In this document: piece after piece, positions 59,385 through 64,000 of the stretch | Layout: every line of letters begins with the position of its first letter | Position numbering within the stretch: position 1 is the first letter of the stretch | Origin: Nitrospirota bacterium | GTDB lineage: Bacteria > Nitrospirota > Thermodesulfovibrionia > Thermodesulfovibrionales > JdFR-86 | DNA: 64,000 bases | Assembly: GCA_963721805.1 (NCBI GenBank) | Contig: CAVRJY010000004.1 | Span: 256,001-320,000 of the forward strand | Direction of reading: 5' to 3' | Position numbers and translations under genes: made by a program | The notes under the pieces: model-generated | Databases searched by the model: none | What the model saw: the letters and a program-made list of their open reading frames with translations, nothing else | Told to the model about the DNA's origin: nothing

Positions 59385-61307
59385 ATGCCCCGCGAGCACA
59401 CTGAGCTTAAGAGACGCTCCGCAGCCATCACGGCTGTTTTTTCCGTGCTCGTCTTCGCATCCCTGTTCAGGCTCTTTGGCGCGGGGGACCCGCGCGCATG
59501 CAGCTGGGTGCTCGACGCCTCGTGGCAGGCGGTGTTAGAATTCCAGGCCACGCACGGGCTCAGGTCAGGCACCGGCATAATCTTCACGTCCGGCCCGCTG
59601 GGCTATCTTTATACCGATGTCAGCTTCGGACACCTGATATGGCAGAAAGTGCTGTTTTCGCTGGCGTGGGCCGGGCTTCTGGCATGGGCCGCCTCGTGCG
59701 TCTTCAGGCGGCTCCCGCTGCTCGCCGCATGCCTGTTCGCGGCCTGGTGCCTGGCGCTCCCCTGGCTGAGCGACAGCATGCAGGACGCCTGCACGCTTTT
59801 CGTCATGGCATGCGCATGCTCGGTACTGGCGGCCGGCCCGCGCAAGCGCCGGTGGGGCGCGCTGGCCTCGGTCGCGGCGCTGGCGGTGTTTTCGCTGATC
59901 AAGTTCACTTTTTTCGTGGCGGCCGCGGCGGGCATCGCGCTGGCGGTCTTCGCAAGGCTCGTGCGCAGGGACGCGGGGGCAGCCGCAGCCATCGCCGCCG
60001 GGTATTGTGTGGCGTTTCTCTCGCTGTGGTTTTTATGCGGACAGGACGCCGGGGGGCTGCTTGCATGGATACGGGGCGGGCTTGAACTCTCGGCCGGGTA
60101 TTCTGCTATGGCGCATGAGCCCAAGGGCGGCGTGCTGGCGCTCTGCCTCGGGGCCGGCGCGGTATTTCTGTATTCGGCCCTGAGGGCGGCATGGCGCGGG
60201 GAGGCCGCGTATCCGCTGATCCTGGCCGCATACGCGTTTTTGTCATGGAAGCATGCCTTCACGCGCGCCGACAGCGCCCATGTCTTTGATTTCATCGTAT
60301 TCCTGCCGCTTGCCTCAGGGCTGCTCATGGCCTGGAGACGGCAGGCCGAGCCCGGCCGCACAAATGGCTCAGGAGGCTCAGGCGGCGGCCCGGCCTTTGT
60401 GCTGATAGTCGCGCTATGCGCCTCGGCCGCGGCGGCCCAGGGCGCCGGATTGGCCAGCCCCTCCGGGATCAAGGGCAACGCGGGGCTCATCGCCTCGCTC
60501 CTGAGCGGCCATGCCGCGGAGCACTTCGACGCCCTCAAGCCCAACGCCGCGCTCGATGCCTCCATGACCCTCCCCCTGGCGCGCTCCCTCATCGGCAACT
60601 CCACGGTGGACGTCATCAACTACAGGCAGCTCTATGCGCTTGCCGGAGGGTTTAATTACCGCCCCCGCCCGGTGTTTCAGGGGTATACGGCTTATACGAG
60701 CTGGCTTCAGCTGCTGAACCTCAAGTTTTACGAGGGCCCGGACGCGCCCGGCTATATCCTGCTTCGGATCGAGCCGGGGGACCGCCGCTTCGCCACGTTT
60801 GACGATGCGGCGCTGATGCCCTATGTGTTTCAGAACTACAGGCCGGTGGCCGAGGACCGGGGGTTCCTCGTGATGCGCCGGGCCGGGGGCCGCAGCCCGT
60901 ACCGTCTGAGCCTCATCCGCGAACAGGAGGTCTCGTTCGGCGAGCCGGTCAGCCTCCCGGCCCCTGAGGGCCGCATGCTGATCATGCAGGTCTCGATGCA
61001 CCCGACCGTCTTGGGCAGGCTCCTGCGCGCGCTCTACCAGCCCCCCCAGCTCACGATGACCGTGCGCGCGGGCGGGCCGGGCCGCATCTATCGCTTCGTC
61101 CCCGAGATGGCCGGGGCCGGTTTCATCATAAGCCCGCTCATCGAGGGCAACGCCGACGTGATCGGGCTGTATCAGGGCCAGGCAAGGCCTGTCACGGACG
61201 TCATATTCAACCGGCCAGAGGGCGCCGCCCCGCTGACCGGAGACCTGATAGGGGTGCGGCTCTATGAGACCGCGGCGCCCGGGGGCATGCCGGACCCTCA
61301 TAATTAG
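59385..61307 (+). CDS. Polytopic membrane protein with C-terminal extracytoplasmic domain (possible GT-C fold glycosyltransferase)
   Basis: LDASW..IIFTSGPLG in first loop, about 10-12 hydrophobic segments, RPRPVFQGY. Confidence 0.6.
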   Translation: MPREHTELKRRSAAITAVFSVLVFASLFRLFGAGDPRACSWVLDASWQAVLEFQATHGLRSGTGIIFTSGPLGYLYTDVSFGHLIWQKVLFSLAWAGLLAWAASCVFRRLPLLAACLFAAWCLALPWLSDSMQDACTLFVMACACSVLAAGPRKRRWGALASVAALAVFSLIKFTFFVAAAAGIALAVFARLVRRDAGAAAAIAAGYCVAFLSLWFLCGQDAGGLLAWIRGGLELSAGYSAMAHEPKGGVLALCLGAGAVFLYSALRAAWRGEAAYPLILAAYAFLSWKHAFTRADSAHVFDFIVFLPLASGLLMAWRRQAEPGRTNGSGGSGGGPAFVLIVALCASAAAAQGAGLASPSGIKGNAGLIASLLSGHAAEHFDALKPNAALDASMTLPLARSLIGNSTVDVINYRQLYALAGGFNYRPRPVFQGYTAYTSWLQLLNLKFYEGPDAPGYILLRIEPGDRRFATFDDAALMPYVFQNYRPVAEDRGFLVMRRAGGRSPYRLSLIREQEVSFGEPVSLPAPEGRMLIMQVSMHPTVLGRLLRALYQPPQLTMTVRAGGPGRIYRFVPEMAGAGFIISPLIEGNADVIGLYQGQARPVTDVIFNRPEGAAPLTGDLIGVRLYETAAPGGMPDPHN

Positions 61308-61446
61308 TATGCCGCCCGCCACGCCGGGGAAAGGGGCCTGGCCCCCTCATATGTTAAAGTATTAGACGCGCGCGCATCCCGCCGGGCAAAACTCATGCTG
61401 AAAATCGACCGGCGATGCTCAATTACGCGCCCATGGAGGACCGCAT

Positions 61447-62238
61447 ATGTTCAACACCAAGGTGGTCGAGACCGCGAGGCTCGACCTTGATACAAAGTTC
61501 AAGTTCCGCTGCCACAAGGACATAAAGTGCTTTACGCGCTGCTGCAGCAACATCGACATCATGCTGACGCCCTATGACGTCCTGAGGCTCAAAAACCGCC
61601 TGAAGATGGACTCCGAGGAGTTCATAATCAAGCATACGATCAAGCGCGAGGATGAGGCCACGTCGCACCCCTACGCCTACCTCCGCATGGCCGAGGGCGA
61701 GGACAGGCTCTGCCCGTTTCTAAACGGCACCGAGGGCTGCTCGGTCTACGAGGACCGCCCCGTGAGCTGCCGCTACTACCCGATCGGGCAGGCCACGCTT
61801 AAAAAGCGCGAGGGCGAGGAGATGGTGCACGAGGAGTTTTATTTCTTCGTCCGCGAGCCCCACTGCCTCGGGTATCAGGAAGACACCCAGTGGACCATCC
61901 AGAGCTGGCGCGACGACCAGGGCTCGGCCCTTTACGACGATATGAACCGCGGGTGGAAGGAGCTCCTCATGCGCCGGAACCTGCCGGGCAAGAAGGGCCT
62001 CGACCCCAAGAAGCAGGACCAGTTCTTCATGGCGAGCTACGACCTCGACCGCTTTCACAGGTTCGTCTTCGAGAGCAGGTTTTTGGAGATCTTCGATATC
62101 CCGGCCGCCGAGGTCGAGGCGATGCGCACCGATGAGGTCGCATTGATGAAATTCGGCTTCAAGTACATAAAGTTCGTTCTTATGATGGAAGAGAGCCTGA
62201 AGGTGCGCAAGGAAGCCCTGCCGCAGAAGAAAGCGTAG
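61447..62238 (+). CDS. YkgJ-family cysteine cluster (CxxCxxCC-type) protein
   Basis: FRCHKDIKCFTRCC, CPFL, CSVYEDRPVSCRYYP; GGAGG RBS. Confidence 0.88.
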   Translation: MFNTKVVETARLDLDTKFKFRCHKDIKCFTRCCSNIDIMLTPYDVLRLKNRLKMDSEEFIIKHTIKREDEATSHPYAYLRMAEGEDRLCPFLNGTEGCSVYEDRPVSCRYYPIGQATLKKREGEEMVHEEFYFFVREPHCLGYQEDTQWTIQSWRDDQGSALYDDMNRGWKELLMRRNLPGKKGLDPKKQDQFFMASYDLDRFHRFVFESRFLEIFDIPAAEVEAMRTDEVALMKFGFKYIKFVLMMEESLKVRKEALPQKKA

Positions 62239-62244
62239 ATCCAA

Positions 62245-63031
62245 ATGGGCGCGAGGCTCGGGCAGCACTTCCTCTTCGACCCGCAAATACTCGGGCGCAT
62301 AGCCGAGGCCTCCGGGGCCGGGCCCGAAGACACGGTCGTCGAGATCGGTCCGGGGCCGGGCTCGCTTACGAGGGTGCTCGCCCGGCGCGCAGCGCGCATC
62401 GTGGCGATAGAGCTGGACCAGACGCTCCATGCCCGGCTCGCCGCACAGCTTAAATCCGAAGGGATCGAGAACGTCGAGCTGCACCGCGGCGACGCGCTCA
62501 GGTTCAACTACTCCTCGCTCGGCCCTTTTAAGGTCTGCGCCAACATCCCCTACCAGATCACGACGCCTCTGATATTCCTGCTATTAGAACAGCGCGAGAG
62601 GCTTCTAAGCATGACGCTCACAATGCAGCGCGAGGTCGCCCGCCGCATCGCAGCGCCCCCCGGGCGGCCATAACTACGGCGTGCTCTCGCTCGCGGTGCA
62701 ATACCAGGGCGTCCCTGAGCTGCTTTTCAGCGTCCCCGCCTCCGCGTTCTCGCCCCCTCCCAAGGTCGAGTCCGAGTGCCTGCGCATAACCATGCGGGCG
62801 GAGCCCCCGGTCAATGTAAGGGACGAGGCGCTGATGTTCCGCGTCATACGCGCGGGGTTCGGGATGCGGCGTAAGACGCTCCATAACTCCCTCGGGCGGC
62901 TCGCGCCTGATATCGACGCGGTGCTTAGCCGCGCAGGGGTCGACCCCAAGCTGCGGGCTGAGCGGCTCGGCATGGCCGAATTCGCAGCGATAGCTGATGC
63001 GCTTGGGGACAGTTCTGATTTATCCAGATAG
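62245..63031 (+). CDS. rsmA: 16S rRNA dimethyltransferase RsmA/KsgA, with apparent +1 frameshift near 62660
   Basis: LGQHFL, EIGPGPG, ANIPYQIT, QREVA joins GHNYGVLS..FSPPPKVES..RRKTL..RAERL after removing one base in a C6-G3 run. Confidence 0.93.
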
Positions 63032-63039
63032 CTTTCTTC

Positions 63040-63162
63040 AAAGCGCTCCAAATCGCTTGATACTGCGTTGGGCTGCGAAGACTCGCCCTCTATGTACGTC
63101 CAAGTACACCATCGGGCGGTCTTCTTGCCCTGCCTTGTCTGAAGACGATTTGGGCGCGCTTT
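63040..63162. repeat. ERIC/IRU-like fold-back element
   Basis: Terminal IR AAAGCGCTCCAAATCG / CGATTTGGGCGCGCTTT; internal TGCGTTGGGCTGCG, GTAC-N6-GTAC, CTTGCCCTGCCTTGTCTG. Confidence 0.65.
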
Positions 63163-63288
63163 CGGGGTTAAACGCGGCCCAGCCGCTGGACCCCGCACCC
63201 CAAGGTCAAAGGCATAGATTGGAGTGAACGGGGAAGGGGCCCCGTGAATAAGTGAGCGAAGCGAATAGGGACAGGGGTCCGCGACCCC

Positions 63289-63510
63289 TTATTTGCTGCA
63301 AGAGGTGCACTGTGCCTTAGTGCACGAGGCGCACGATGCCGACGAGGTCCCGGCAAACGGCTTTTCGACCCCGCTCATCCCGAATACCGAGAGCTTCTTC
63401 TGCACCTGCTCGCTCTTGCACGCCGGGCACTCGATCTTTGTAGAGGAACTCATCACGAGCTTCTCGAAATCCGCGCCGCAGCCGCAGCACTTATACTCGT
63501 AGATCGGCAT
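63289..63510 (-). CDS. FmdB-family zinc ribbon protein
   Basis: MPIYEYKC..C..FEKL..CPAC..KKLS. Confidence 0.88.
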   Translation of the reverse strand: MPIYEYKCCGCGADFEKLVMSSSTKIECPACKSEQVQKKLSVFGMSGVEKPFAGTSSASCASCTKAQCTSCSK

Positions 63511-63523
63511 GGTTAATTGTACC

Positions 63524-63574
63524 AAAAAAAAGGCGCCTGCCGCAGGAGGAATGATCCCGGCGGCAGACGCTTTT
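63524..63574 (-). terminator. Rho-independent terminator
   Basis: GCGTCTGCCGC..GCGGCAGGCGC stem followed by T8 on minus strand. Confidence 0.75.
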
Positions 63575-63595
63575 CTGCTATTTAAGCGTTATTGC

Positions 63596-64000
63596 CTATT
63601 GAAGCTCGACCCCGCTGTTGGTGCAGCTGCTCTGGTCCTGGAAGCAGGCGTCCATCCCGACCCAGCCGCCCTCTATATCGCCGCCCTGGCCCTGGAACGT
63701 TATGTTGTAGCAGGCGTTCCCGCCGCAGTCGACCGGGCCGTTGACGGTAGCCGCCGGAATCGTGATCGTGAAGGCGTTCACCTGCCCCGGTATGGCGGAG
63801 CCCGAGACCCAGCTTCCGTCGATCAGGACGGTCGTGGCGTTATTGTTAGAGCCGCCGGGGCCCTCGTAATTGAAGTGCGGGGCGTCAGCGTTTCCCTTGA
63901 CCCAGATCGGGACGTATACCGATCCGTGCACCGTAGTGCCGCTCATGATCTGGCTCAGCCCCGGGGGGCTCGAGACGATGGCCCCTGACATCGAGGGGAA
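63596..64000 (-). CDS. C-terminal part of hypothetical beta-rich, Cys-paired (probably exported) protein; runs off window end
   Basis: Open frame from window edge to stop at 63596, followed by terminator; Gly/Asn/Thr-rich with Cys pairs. Confidence 0.6.
   Translation of the reverse strand, partial: FPSMSGAIVSSPPGLSQIMSGTTVHGSVYVPIWVKGNADAPHFNYEGPGGSNNNATTVLIDGSWVSGSAIPGQVNAFTITIPAATVNGPVDCGGNACYNITFQGQGGDIEGGWVGMDACFQDQSSCTNSGVELQ

Overview
GC-rich bacterial chromosome segment, most likely a flagellated diderm anaerobe (Nitrospirota/Thermodesulfovibrionia- or Desulfobacterota-like; inferred from gene content only). From 1 to about 45.8 kb nearly everything is on the minus strand: a chemotaxis cluster (cheA partial, STAS, cheY, MCP), moaA, a complete dcw cluster (mraZ to ftsZ), M50 protease, rimO, a hybrid kinase/response regulator pair, lgt, thiL, lon, galU and a flagellar export operon (fliL to fliA) with a sigma54-type promoter. 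The most interesting part is an accessory block at about 50.0-55.0 kb. It holds an AT-rich three-gene operon (PD-(D/E)xK nuclease-like sce7726 family, sce7725/beta-protein family, Zn-ribbon RES-domain protein; candidate anti-phage or NAD-targeting conflict system), an IS481-family element, and about 750 bp of non-coding DNA rich in repeats. Also present: a c-di-AMP (ydaO) riboswitch ahead of kup, two unusual PilZ fusion proteins, ERIC-like fold-back elements, and several apparently leaderless genes. Four +1 frameshifts in housekeeping genes (murD, murE, thiL, rsmA) are most likely assembly errors. All family assignments come from motif recognition by eye; no searches were run.
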